Shown: positions 26,401 to 40,061 of the stretch, in pieces
How the letters are laid out: every line of letters starts with the position of its first letter
How positions within the stretch are numbered: the stretch's first letter is position 1
NCBI GenBank assembly: GCA_051362555.1
Contig: CM120647.1
Coordinates: 186,001-250,000 of the forward strand
From: Lingula anatina
Taxonomy: Eukaryota; Animalia; Brachiopoda
Length of the DNA: 64,000 bases
Direction: 5' to 3'
The notes under the pieces: generated by a model
The model's database searches: none
What the model was told of the DNA's origin: nothing
What the model saw: the letters and a program-made list of their open reading frames with translations, nothing else
Made by a program: the position numbers and the translations under genes

Positions 26401-28764
26401 CCAACTTTCCCCTTATTACTAAAGGTTACACGGTCAGTTCTAGGAGTAACTTTCCCCGTATTACTAGAGGTTACACGGTCAGTTCTAGGAGTAACTTTCC
26501 CCGTATTACTAGAGGTTACACGGTCAGTTCTAGGAGTGACTTTCCCCGTATTGCTAGAGGTTACACTGTCAGTTCTAGGAGTGACTTTCCCCGTATTGCT
26601 AGAGGTTACACTGTCAGTTCTAGGAGTGACTTTCCCCGTATTACTAGAGGTTACACGGTCAGTTCTAGGAGTGACTTTCCCCATATTGCTAGAGGTTACA
26701 CGGTCAGTTCTAGGAGTAATTTTCCTCGTATTACTAGAGGTTACACGGTCAGTTCTAGGAGTAATTTTCCTCGTATTACTAGAGGTTATACGGTCAGTTC
26801 TAGGAGTAACTTTCCCCGTATTGTTGTAGGTTGTCTCGGTGTAGTCACTGTTGGTGGAAAAGCTATAAGATCTACATATCACGGGGATTATAATACACGT
26901 TTGTTCTTTATCCACAGCTAGATATATTTATATATAAGGTGTAGTACCCAGGACGTGAATAGAAACGGAAGGAACACCGCTACACGAGCTCGGCATGTTT
27001 TCTGACACAAAGATATATCTGTTTCCTTGTTAAGACCGAGAGGGTCTATTTGTAGGCATAACCATTGCTATCAGGGTATAGAAGAAACCGCCCCCATCTG
27101 TATAATCTGCACTGGGTTATTTCGACTAACGCAGCCCCTGCCTCAAATTGGTTTGAAAACTTTTTCAGTCGACATTTGTTTGAGGACTTAAGGACTGAAG
27201 TGGGCGCTTGATTACAATTTACTCCGAGATAAACGCACAGGTCGCAGGATGGCGTACGAATTACAGAGTATGTAAAGAGGGGAGGGGAGAAACAGAGACT
27301 TGTAATTTGACAGCTTCATACAGGGCTTCTAATAAATCATGTGTTCTGTGTATTTTCCGTCTTATTTGTAGCATACATCTCTCTCTGTTCTGTGACGAAC
27401 ATTAACCCTTAACATAATTGACAGTGCGACATCATCAGCAGGAGTCCCAGGTGTGGTGGCGGGAGAAGATATTGCTTTCTTATTATCAGATATATGGATT
27501 TCACTTTGCCTTAACCATCTGTTGCAAAGCGGTGTATATATCGCTAAATTGACAAAATAGTTTCAGAGCTCTCTCCAGTGCCTACTCCGGGCGTGTAGTG
27601 GGCAGCGGGGGTGCATTCAGATAATCGCCTCCTGGGAGACATTACAGATGAAAATTACAGAAAAATTACTGAGGGATTACCGAGAAATTACAGTGGTAAA
27701 ATTACAGATCAAGGAATAACAGAAATATCGCAGAAGAAGAATTACAGAGTTATTACAGAGGAAAAGTTACAGACATATTACAAGGGAATTATGCAGCCGG
27801 ACTGCAAGCAATGGACTGCTTGCTGAAGATGTCGTCTGACACGCTGTCCTGTTCAAACTGTCCGTATCTCCAGCAGGCCCGGGTACAGCTGTGGAGATGT
27901 GAGGTACGCCGTATTGGAAGTCTTAAACTACCGCCCTGGTCAGATACTTGTGGGATGAAGATAGCATATGGTCAGTCTCGTGTACCGTGTCCAGTCACTC
28001 TACTGACCTGTACCACAGACGCCGGGATGACCCCACTTAACCCCCTACAGGAGCCAGGCTGCCCCGTGCTACTGAAGGGCAACACTGTTTTCTATAAAAA
28101 AAAAAAACATACAGATGCGCCTGCCTCTCTTAACGCGTTCTTTCTATGTTCTCATGTGTAGGTAACCAGTGAGTCATTAATATAACGATTAATGAGAGAC
28201 CATGTGCCTCGTGTTGCCTTAAAGTGATTTGTTTACTTCCGAACCTGCTACTTTCTAACATGTATGTATGTATATCAGACATCATCCTTTTGATGAAAGC
28301 TGAGAAATAACAGGGGCTTTTCTCTTTCCTGTAATTTTATCCACTTCAACTTTATTCTCAATAACCCAATTTACCCAGGCGTGCACACACACACACACAC
28401 GCACACGCACGTGAACACACACCTGTGCACAGTGACTGGATGCAATCACCCGTATCCTGCAGTAGTTTACACGTGATGGACGGTAGAATCATTAAACACG
28501 TGCTGATCTTTCTTCAGCGTCTCGGCCTTTACACATAAAGAACTGTCCGATCATAAAACATCTTTATAGGAACTGCCTGGTCGATTTTATTAGCTTCTTT
28601 GTGGATGAAAGGCGACTTTTTATTGGCGAATATCACGGGTCAGTAGGTTAGGTGTGCATTGGACGTATTTCTATAGAGACTTCTTGTATGGCGCGGAATG
28701 CTGGTATATAGATGATTTCTTTTAATATAATTCTGTTTGAGAATTTAGCTGGGAAGTCATTATC

Positions 28765-28807
<43 letters not shown>

Positions 28808-31800
28808 GCATGACATTTCTTCACTTAATGGCGAGTTAATTTCTTCTACACTCATATCACCTGAGGGAATATGCCTTAACACGCTGATCGATAAGAATCC
28901 TGTACGTTATTTTCTTAATGAGTATAATTATATCCCCGTGTGACAGGAATGATAATCCGCTAGAAACCATGGTCAGTCAACCATTATTTAATACGGTTGA
29001 CAGTCTTTATATATATAAATATTGACTTCAATAAATTAGATTGAATATGCATCTATTTAGATCAACTGTTGTTAGTATAAAGCACCCTAGCTTTCGGCTT
29101 GTGTGCCTTCCTTAAAGAGTGAAAAATAAATAATGAACAAACAATTATCTCGGATATACACGTGATGTCAGAAAATATGTGCTGAAAATTAACGTCATCA
29201 AGATTACGTAACTATGAAAGAAATTAACATTCGTTGAGAAAACCTTTTTCTTTTTTTTTGTAATGTGTATAATATTTAATGGTCTTCTGTTCTGTCTTGT
29301 CTGGCATATGAGTGTTTTTAAAATGTACATGTGTACTGACCCTACTCTCAAGGAAATATTTCCACTTCCACCCATCGTCTCTTTTAGACAGCATCCACAT
29401 TTAAAAAGACATCTAGCCACTACCCAGCAGTAGCCTCAGTGCAGCGGGCACATTCCCTTACACATGTATATGTATATGTACATTTACTTTATATTTCACT
29501 ATTAACAGACAATTCATTGTAAGTGCAGTTCATAAAAATGTGCACAAAAATGTGCACAAAAATATGAGATTAGGAAAGGAATAAATGCAGTTACTGTGTA
29601 CTTTTTCTCCAGCCAATATTAGTGGCCTCATTGATGACAATGTATAGTGCGTCACCCTGTCCTCTCCACGACATAGCCTCTCTGTCACCCTGTCCTCTCC
29701 ACGACATAGCCTCTCTGTCATCCTGTCCTCTCCACGACATAGCCTCTCTGTAACCCTGTCCTCTCCACGACATAGCCTCTCTGTCACCCTGTCCTCTCCA
29801 CGACAGAACCTCTCTGTCACCCTGTCCTCTTCACGACATAGTCTCTCTGTCACCCTGTCCTCTCCACGACATAGCCTCTCTGTCACCCTGTCCTCTCCAC
29901 GACATAGCCTCTCTGTCACCCTGTCCTCTCCACGACATAGCCTCTCTGTCACCCTGTCCTCTCCACGACATAGCCTCTCTGTCACCCTGTCCTCTCCACG
30001 ACATAGCCTCTCTGTCACCCTGTCCTCTCCACGACATAGCCTCTCTGTCACCCTGTCCTCTTCACGACATAGCCTCTCTGTCACCCTGTCCTCTCCACGA
30101 CATAGCCTCTCTGTCACCCTGTCCTCTCCACGACATAGCCTCTCTGTCACCCTGTCCTCTCCACGACATAGCCTTTCTGTCACCCTGAGTTTCAAATATG
30201 TCTGCCTTGTGTATGCCAAACCGTCAATGCCACCACATCACATCTTTTAGGTAGTACAGAGACTTGAACGCCTTCAATATTGATTTTATGACTTTAACAA
30301 TTTCTCAGTTTTTAGTTGGCATGGAAACTAGATTTTAGTGGAACTTTTTTAAGCAAAACCACATCCAGTATGTTTTATTAATAGACTATAATGACCAGTC
30401 AATGGCGTGCACAGGAAATGTCGGTCAAAATAAAGGTTGCATGAAAAAGAAATCGATGTATATCGACAGCTGAAAGCTACCGATGACTTTACACTGTGCT
30501 ATTAAGATGTCGCGGAAGTTCGGAACATTCTGTTTAAATGTTGTCAAGGGACTCGAAACATACATAACTGTGTCGGACTAGACACTAAAACTGATTGGAT
30601 TGGCAGAGTTCATCAACTGGAAGTGGATAAAGTCGACAGTGTGTCATCTTAATTAGAACAAAGATACATGTGTATCTCTACCATATTCTATATAACTGAT
30701 ATCACCGAGCCCCAGAAGCGAGGTAGACAGACATCTTGAGGCGGTCACAGTGCTGGACACTGCCGGACATTGGGTCCATCCACAATACAGTGTAGATGAC
30801 CAATAGTTACCATGCTGGATAAAAAGATCTTCTTAGACAAGTTAAGATGCCTGGTCGCCGCGCTAAGACAAAACAGTAAGTTCAGCAATACCTAAGAGAG
30901 ATAAAGTTGCACCCTTTCCCCGAGATCTCTGCATGGAGGCTTATTTTATATTTATAAGAGTAACAGATATCTGGGGAAACAAGTTCGTATTCCATTAGGC
31001 CCGTACTTAACCATCTCCTGGCTTGCCAGTGTTAAAGTGCCCTATGTCTGTCTAGATCAGTCGTTAGACACGTCATGTACAATATCATAACACATGAAAA
31101 CATGGGGAATCAATTCCTATTAACGCAAATAATACACGTCACTGCGTGAACTTCTCAACCCTGTTTAAAACTTTGCAGGATGTCACTTAAACCTTATTTA
31201 GGTCCAAGCTTTAACACACTAGACACACGTCTGTTAACCCTCAGATATCGCTTGACCATGAAACCCAGGAAACTCCCCTGCATTAATAATTTGTAGGTGT
31301 CATAGTGACCAAACTTTTGAACAATTCACGGTGTGTACCCTGTATGTCTCTCTTGAGTGCGACATATAGCTTTCATTGTGTTAATTAAGGTCAGGCGCTT
31401 ACAACACCAAGGCAAATACACTATAGCTAATAAGTCCCAGGTCACTTTAATAGCACACGCTGTCTACATCAGACGCGCTAATGCGCACGTCCCCGACAGA
31501 GTTAATGATAGGGGGATTACGATGGACAGCGCATGTTGCTCACAGCAGTAGGCACTGCCGCCGAAGTTAAACCGGTAATTAAGTCTTTAACTTGACTAAA
31601 CATGTTTTGCTTTGTAACTTGCGTCCTTCAGTCTTGCTGTTGCGGAAGCGCCGGCGGGACATATCTCCACCTTGCCGATATTTATCCCGACTCTCGACTT
31701 TAAAAGTATTATTGGTTTTGATTTTATCAAAGTCTTATTATATCAGAAAACCTGCATATTTTCATACGTTAAGAGAATTATAGAAACTGTAGAAAAAGCT

Positions 31801-34800
31801 ACTCGTACATCAGGGATAAAAAACAACACCTTGCAGCACTATTACCTATTATTCATCACCAGAAGTTACTGTTTCACTTTTTTTCTCCCAAATTACAAAG
31901 TCTGATGACAACTGAAAGCCTTTAGCCATACCTCAGGGCAGTGGGAGATAGTCTGGATTTGATTAAATGTAATAAAAGTATATTTTGAAGAATTTTCCTA
32001 GCCTTCGGCAATTTCCGCAAAGCTTCGGCATGCGCGGCAATACAGAGCTGTCGATATCTACATGTGTGAACAATAGAATTGGAGGAACAACGGTTAACGT
32101 CGTTGAGTCCTCTGCAACCTATCCGACGGGAGTTCGTGTCCCTGTCGGTACTTTTGAAGATTTTGAAATTGTCATTATTAAAAAATATCTATTAATATAT
32201 AAAACAGTCGTGGCTAATTGTATTTGCAACGGAAAGCACAGTAGGGAGGTTTGTTGTTATTGATAAAGTTATTATTACTGGGGACATAAATTAGTATGCT
32301 AATCTCTTATCATGGTATAATGATTGATACGATGGGTATCAAATAGTTTTCCTTTGATATAAACAACAAAAGAGCGGCCTTCCAAATATCTTTGCTGAAT
32401 GTTTATAACGTAGGTACTATTATGCGCAAAAATATTGATACATGACGCAAACGACATTTACTAATTTTGGTAATATCAATTTTAATTAAAATTAAATTTA
32501 ATTGAAATTAAAATTAAAATTTGTCTAAACGTGCATATTACCATTCACCTTGTTTAAAGGGTTCGCAACACTTTACATTGTAATACATTTTGCCAATTTT
32601 CATGTTTGCTAGTTTATTTTGATTTGAGAGAAAGCGAGAGAAGACCCTCTACTAGGGCCGCAAATTAATTATGAGTATTTTTCTTCAGTGCAAGAGACTG
32701 TGTAATGAAAAATCAATCTGTAACTCTGGTATAGGGTGGCCTTGTGTATGTAATAATATACAAGTAGGGGCAGGGGTACAGTTTTATAGTACAAATAGTC
32801 ATTTTATACATCTTATTAATCTCATCGTCGGGTCATTGTTTACAATAGCGCTTTGTCGCTGTGCGTACCTTTTTGCATTTGAGTTAGACTCAGTCAGTAA
32901 CAGCTGGTGATTTTGTCTTTTTTGCGTTTCATTGACAATATTTTGGCCACCTAAGTAGGGAAATGTGGCTCTTTGTTTTGAAATGACATTTCCATTGTTC
33001 CTTTGAACACGCAAAAGTCAACACACTTACGTCAACATACTTACTTTGTAATAACAACCCAGGGGAAGAAACAAAAGCCTCATAAGGTGTCGTCATTCAC
33101 ACTGTAAAAGGTGTTAATTTCATGCTTCTATTGTTTGCCCATGAATCATTATGACAAATTTGTAGGGTTGCCAGATCACTGGCGCTTCATTCAATTCTCT
33201 ATATCTGCCCTGCAGCCTGGGATGAGTGATACTTGACTGACCTTTGTTTACATCTGGAGATTTTCTTTATAATTCGATCAGTGTGCATAAATTATGATAT
33301 TTTCCATCGGGAAAAATACGTGATAATGTTACGATACTTATTTTACGGATACATAATTACAAAAATTAATTCCTGATTTAATACCCCCTATTTCAGCGCC
33401 TATTCCTGGCTGCGTTAATTATGGGGGGTTGGAAAGTAATCCGTTAGAACGCAGGAGTGATGATTGCTACTCTTACCAACGGTGCATCACCGATCAACTA
33501 ATCTCAGCCACCTGAAGCAGAATCACCAACAAAAGACAAATTGGACTACATCTGCCTTCTTGTTGAGACATCTTATGTAAAAAAGGCGATAACGGTCAAA
33601 ACATACGTGCTTCGTGGTTTATTAAATGTTCATCGTATTTTTTCGTTCATTATTCTTATGAGTTAAGCAGCTTCACCTCCGTGACACCCTTTTTATTTAT
33701 TTAAACCATTGTTAGATAAACCATGGGTTTCACTCCAGATTTCACGATCGAACAGCTGATCATGAGGAGAGTGTAGCATGCTATAGTAAACTACCCCAAA
33801 TATATATACAACACCTCCAGGGTTTCACGATCGAGCAAGTGATCATGAGGAGAGAGTGTAGCAGAGAACTTCATTAATGGTCGTCATAATTGGTGGTTGC
33901 CTTGGGAAAATGAGTTACATGATTACATAATACAGATACATAATAACATAAGATTAATACTAAAATTTTCCCTGATACAAAAACCCCTATTTGAGCGCTT
34001 ATTCCTGACTGCGTTAATTACGGGTGATTAGAAAGTAATCTATGAGGACGCAGGAGCGATGATTGCTACTCTTACCAACGGTAAATCACCGATTTACTTG
34101 ACTCCGCTACTTCGAGCAAAATCACCACCAAAAGACATATTAGACCACGTTCGTCCTCTTATTAAAACAAAAAATGTAAAAATGTGATGTCGGTCAAAGA
34201 AGAGGACTAGACTACGTGCTTCATGGTTTATTAGATAGGCCTATTCATTGGATTTTTTTAGTTCATTATTATAGCTTCACCTCGCGAGACCCTTTTTTAT
34301 ATATTTAAAACACAGCACCCCACTGGTTTCGCGATCATGAAGAAAGGGAGTGCAGCAAAGAACCTCATTAATGGTCGTGATAATAGGTGGTTGCATTGTA
34401 GGCCTAACCTTGTTCATTTTAGTCGACAGACTAAGCTAGAAGAAAGAACAGATCATTATCGCCTCTCTTTACTTAGGAACAATAAGGATGGCTAGTGGCA
34501 GCATTTATAAGTTCTTTTATTTAGAAACTTTCCGATCCTTTGTCTGGGACTGCGTCCGAGAAACGGCGATAACGACAGGGACGTCCTCGAACATTTTGGA
34601 CTCAGTGCAAATAAAAAAAAAATCCGTTAAGAAGTAGCCTTTAAATGTCCCGGCAAATAACTTTGCGATGGTTCAGAGAGTTCTAGAATGAATGACAAGC
34701 AACGACATTAGGGTTAATAATAGACTAAAAACTATCAGAGTGTAGGCCTGTCTTAGGCCTACTTCATTTCTAAGGCCATCTTGTGATACGAGTCATGCTA

Positions 34801-37800
34801 CACTATGATTTAATACAAGGATACCATCGATAGTATATCAATAGAAAATCGCAATCCTCAAATGTTTTTAAATTCATTAAATATAAACGGTCTTTTCTCG
34901 TACAATGGGTCTGGTATAGTTGTATTGGCCTATCAGTTGGAAACACGTGGTTCGTCTACAATTGCAAATGGCGGAGGTGCCGTGGTAGTTATTGTCGTAA
35001 AATTAGCTGGATACGGTGCACGTGAGAAAATTATTCATTAAATTTAGTTTTCGAACGTCAGCTTAATCTGGTAAAATGCGAGACGAAAAAAAATCATAGA
35101 TAGAGCCTTATGACCCACTGTAGAATGATGCCGAATAATACATCAACGACGTAGTTTATCGGCAGATAAACGTGTTTCCATTCTCGGCTGACTGAGGAAA
35201 GGTTTGAGAGAGCATTTAAAGAAGAGGCGGTCGAACCAATAGTGAGTAGGAAGTGTGCTGCAATCAAGACGAACAATACCGATCATAAGTGGACAGCTAA
35301 TAACCCCTAATTAAGCCCGGGTTACGCGCTGCTGTGTTGACTCCTTGCTGGGGAGCGGTAGCGGCCTCCTACTGCTGTGAGTAATCACGCATTGTCTTCT
35401 AACCTGCGGCTTAGTTGACTCCTTGCTGGGAAGGGGTAGCGGCCTCCTACTGCTGTGCGTATTCAAACATTGTCTTCTAACATGCGGCTACACGACGGTT
35501 GCATTGTATTAATAAAGTAATACCTATTCATAAGGAAGGGGGCGGATGGTAATTTTACGAGAATTAAATCAGTTACCGATCATACGCGTACCAATAGTCG
35601 TGTTTTTTTTTAGCTATACGGTATTTAAGCAGTTTTATAATCCACTCCGCTGAGAGATTAACTCTACATATGAAACCATGCAGCGTTCATGTGTTCAGCG
35701 TGGGAGGTGTTCGTGACAGCAATGATGCCTGTGTGTGCAATGTAGGTAAACTATTTTAATATCGTGGAGCTTTTGCATAATTTAATTTGAATCTTATTGA
35801 CAGGTAAGTGGTGGAGGGAGAGAGTCTTTGGCCTGAAGTAATCCGTGACACGGGATTTTCATTTTCGATATTTTGTCCCTTAATATCCCTTGTTAACATC
35901 AGCTGGTTCATGCATTCAACATAATGTATTCGAAATTTCCAACAATTTTTGTGAAAATTAGTCGTCTTGATAGAACTGTATTTCCTTCTCTTGGACAAAG
36001 TACACAGGTGACAGTTGACTGTCCACATACACGGTACTTCACTGTATATACTGTATGCCGCTAGCTTGGGCATTATGGACGTCATTACTGGTTGTTAAAA
36101 ACGTTATCACCCTCCTTAGATTCCATAATTGCTGTATGACACAAATATTACATATGGCTGCAGCTACAGATCATCTGCGTTAAATGACTGTGTAAGAATG
36201 TCTGTGAGTCTGTGTATGTCATTTATATCCATGTTTTTTAATCATTCTAACATTTCACAATGTCAACACGAAAACGCTCAGTACTATGTTGGTCATTTAT
36301 ATCAATGTTTTCTATCTCTCTTAGATTTGACAATGACAACATGAGGGCCGTCAGTATTATGATGGCGGCAGTTGCCATCGTGGTCATCGGTTCGCTGGCC
36401 ATTGCATCCGCTTCCAGGGACGCCATCCCCTCTTCTACAGTAGAGGTCAGTATTACAATCCTTACCCTGGTATATCAATATAACAACCCACACCCCGGTA
36501 TATCTATATAACAACCCACACCCTGATATATCAATATAACAACCCCCACCCTGGTATATCAATATAACAACCCCCACCCTGGTATATCTATATAACAACC
36601 CACACCCTGATATATCAATATAACAACCCCCACCCCGGTATATCAATATAACAACCACCACCCTGGTATATCAATATAACAACCCCACCCCGGTATATCA
36701 ATATAACAACCATCACCTGGTATATCAATATAACAACCCACACCCTGGTATATCAATATAACAACCATCACCTGGTATATCAATATAACAACCCACACCC
36801 TGGTATATCAATATAACAACCATCACCTGGTATATCAATATAACAACCCACACCCTGGTATATCAATATAACAACCCACACCCTGGTATATCAATATAAC
36901 AACCCACACTCTGGTGTATCAATATAACAACCCACACCCTGGTATATCAATATAACAACCCACACTCTGGTGTATCAATATAACAACCCCCACCTCGGTA
37001 TATCAATATAACAACCCCCACCCCAGTATATCAATATAACAACCCCCACCCTGGTATATCAATATAACAACCCACACCCCAGTATATCAATATAACAACC
37101 CCACCCCGGTATATCAATATAACAACCACCACCCTGGTATATCAATATAACAACCCACACCCTGGTATATCAATATAACAACCCCACCCTCGTATATCAA
37201 TATAACAACCACCACCCTGGTATATCAATATAACAACCCACACCCTGGTATATCAATATAACAACCCCCACCCTGGTATATCAATATAACAACCCCATCC
37301 TGGTATATCAATATAACAACCCACACCCCGGTATATCAATATAACAACCCCCACCCTGATATATCAATATAACAACCCACACCCTGGTATATCAATATAA
37401 CAACCCCCACCCTGATATATCAATATAACAACCCCCACACTGATATATCAATATAACAACCCCCACACTGATATATCAATATAACAGACCCCACCCTGAT
37501 ATATCAATATAACAACCCCACCCTGGTATATCAATATAACAACCACACCCTGATATATCAATATAACAACCCACACCCTGGTATATCAATATAACAACCC
37601 CACCCCGGTATATCAATATAACAACCCACACCCTGGTATATCAATATAACAACCACCACCCCGGTATATCAATATAACAACCCACACCCTGGTATATCAA
37701 TATAACAACCCCATCCTGGTATATCAATATAACAACCCACACCCTGATATATCAATATAACAACCCACACCCTGATATATCAATAAAACAACCCACACCC

Positions 37801-40004
37801 TGGTATATCAATATAACAACCCACACCCTGCTATATCAATATAACAACCCACACTCTGGTGTATCAATATAACAACCCCCACCTCGGTATATCAATATAA
37901 CAACCCCCACCCTGGTATATCAATATAACAACCCCCACCCTGGTATATCAATATAACAACCCCCACCCCGGTATATCAATATAACAACCCCCACCCTGGT
38001 ATATCAATATAACAACCCACACCCTGATATATCAATATAACAACCCCACCCTGGTATATCAATATAACAACCCACACCCCGGTATATCAATATAACAACC
38101 CACACCCCAGTATATCAATATAACAACCCCACCCTCGTATATCAATATAACAACCACCACCCTGGTATATCAATATAACAACCCACACCCTGGTATATCA
38201 ATATAACAACCCCCACCCTGGTATATCAATATAACAACCCCATCCTGGTATATCAATATAACAACCCACACCCCGGTATATCAATATAACAACCCCCACC
38301 CTGATATATCAATATAACAACCCACACCCTGGTATATCAATATAACAACCCCCACCCTGATATATCAATATAACAACCCCCACACTGATATATCAATATA
38401 ACAACCCCCACACTGATATATCAATATAACAACCCCCACCCTGATATATCAATATAACAACCCCACCCTGGTATATCAATATAACAACCACACCCTGATA
38501 TATCAATATAACAACCCACACCCTGGTATATCAATATAACAACCCACACCCTGGTATATCAATATAACAACCCCACCCCGGTATATCAATATAACAACCA
38601 CCACCCCGGTATATCAATATAACAACCCACACCCTGGTATATCAATATAACAACCCCATCCTGGTATATCAATATAACAACCCACACCCTGATATATCAA
38701 TATAACAACCCACACCCTGATATATCAATAAAACAACCCACACCCTGGTATATCAATATAACAACCCACACCCTGCTATATCAATATAACAACCCACACT
38801 CTGGTGTATCAATATAACAACCCCCACCTCGGTATATCAATATAACAACCCCCACCCTGGTATATCAATATAACAACCCCCACCCTGGTATATCAATATA
38901 ACAACCCCCACCCCGGTATATCAATATAACAACCCCCACCCTGGTATATCAATATAACAACCCCCACCCTGATATATCAATATAACAACCATCACCCTGG
39001 TATATCAATATAACAACCACCACCCCGGTATATCAATATAACAACCACCACCTTGGTATATCAATATAACAACCACCACCCCGGTATATCAATATAACAA
39101 CCACCACCCCGGTATATCAATATAACAACCCCACCCTGGTATATCAATATAACAACTACCACCCTGGTATATCAATATAACAACCACCACCCTGATATAT
39201 CAATATAACAACCCCCACCCTGGTATATCAATATAACAACCACCACCCTGATATATCAATATAACAACCCCCACCCTGGTATATCAATATAACAACCACC
39301 ACCCTGGTATATCAATATAACAACCACCACCCTGGTATATCAATATAACAACCACCACCCTGGTATATCAATATAACAAACCCCACCCTGATATATCAAT
39401 ATAACAACCCAACCCTGACATATTTGCATAACAACCCCCACACCAGTGTATCAGTATAACAACCCCAACCCCGGTATATCAAAATAAACCTCCTTCCCGG
39501 GAAAGTAACATGAAGTAACGTAAGTAGGTATGAGAAGCTCTATAAAATGATACAAGAAGCCACAGTTCTCTCAGACAAAAGCCAAGATCTTATTCAGGTA
39601 TTTTTGGTGTTTACCATGCGGTAAATCTTCGTAAATGGCCCGCAGGGACTTTAGGTTTTACTTAAGTGCATTATAATATCCGCATATATGGTAGAGGGAG
39701 GGAGTGTTAATTGTTCAGCGTTTACGTTCCAGCTGACGCTGTCCGTGCTGTTCGCGCTGTCAGCGTTCTGGGTGTTTGCCTTACTGCTCCTGGCATGGAG
39801 GGGCAAACTGACCACAGATATAGACTACAGGCACAAGAAAAACAACCAGATGACATTCCAGAAAATAGGCGCCATTAGTAAGACATTCCCATATCTTTAT
39901 TGTCATATGTTTCCTTGGTAATAGAAAAATGTTTACAGGGCAGTGAGACAGTGTAGTCATGGTATCTTCTTAATATAATGATAATGTTTATGTAATGGGC
40001 AGGG

Positions 40005-40061
<57 letters not shown>

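Noticed and set aside
26358-26921. Overlapping 185/174-aa ORFs on both strands
   Set aside because: Produced by a 45-bp (multiple of 3) minisatellite.
29530-30219. 229-aa (RVTERLCRGED)n ORF on the minus strand
   Set aside because: 33-bp minisatellite with a non-ATG start and no synonymous-site pattern. It is open by chance.
32085-32150. tRNA-like T-arm/B-box (CCGACGGGAGTTCGTGTCCCTGTCGG)
   Set aside because: No complete cloverleaf or A-box was seen. At most a SINE-head remnant. tRNAscan-SE would settle it.
36464-39490. CRISPR-like constant/variable alternation
   Set aside because: The variable parts are a few bp drawn from a small recurring set, not unique spacers. There are no cas genes and the context is a eukaryotic intron.
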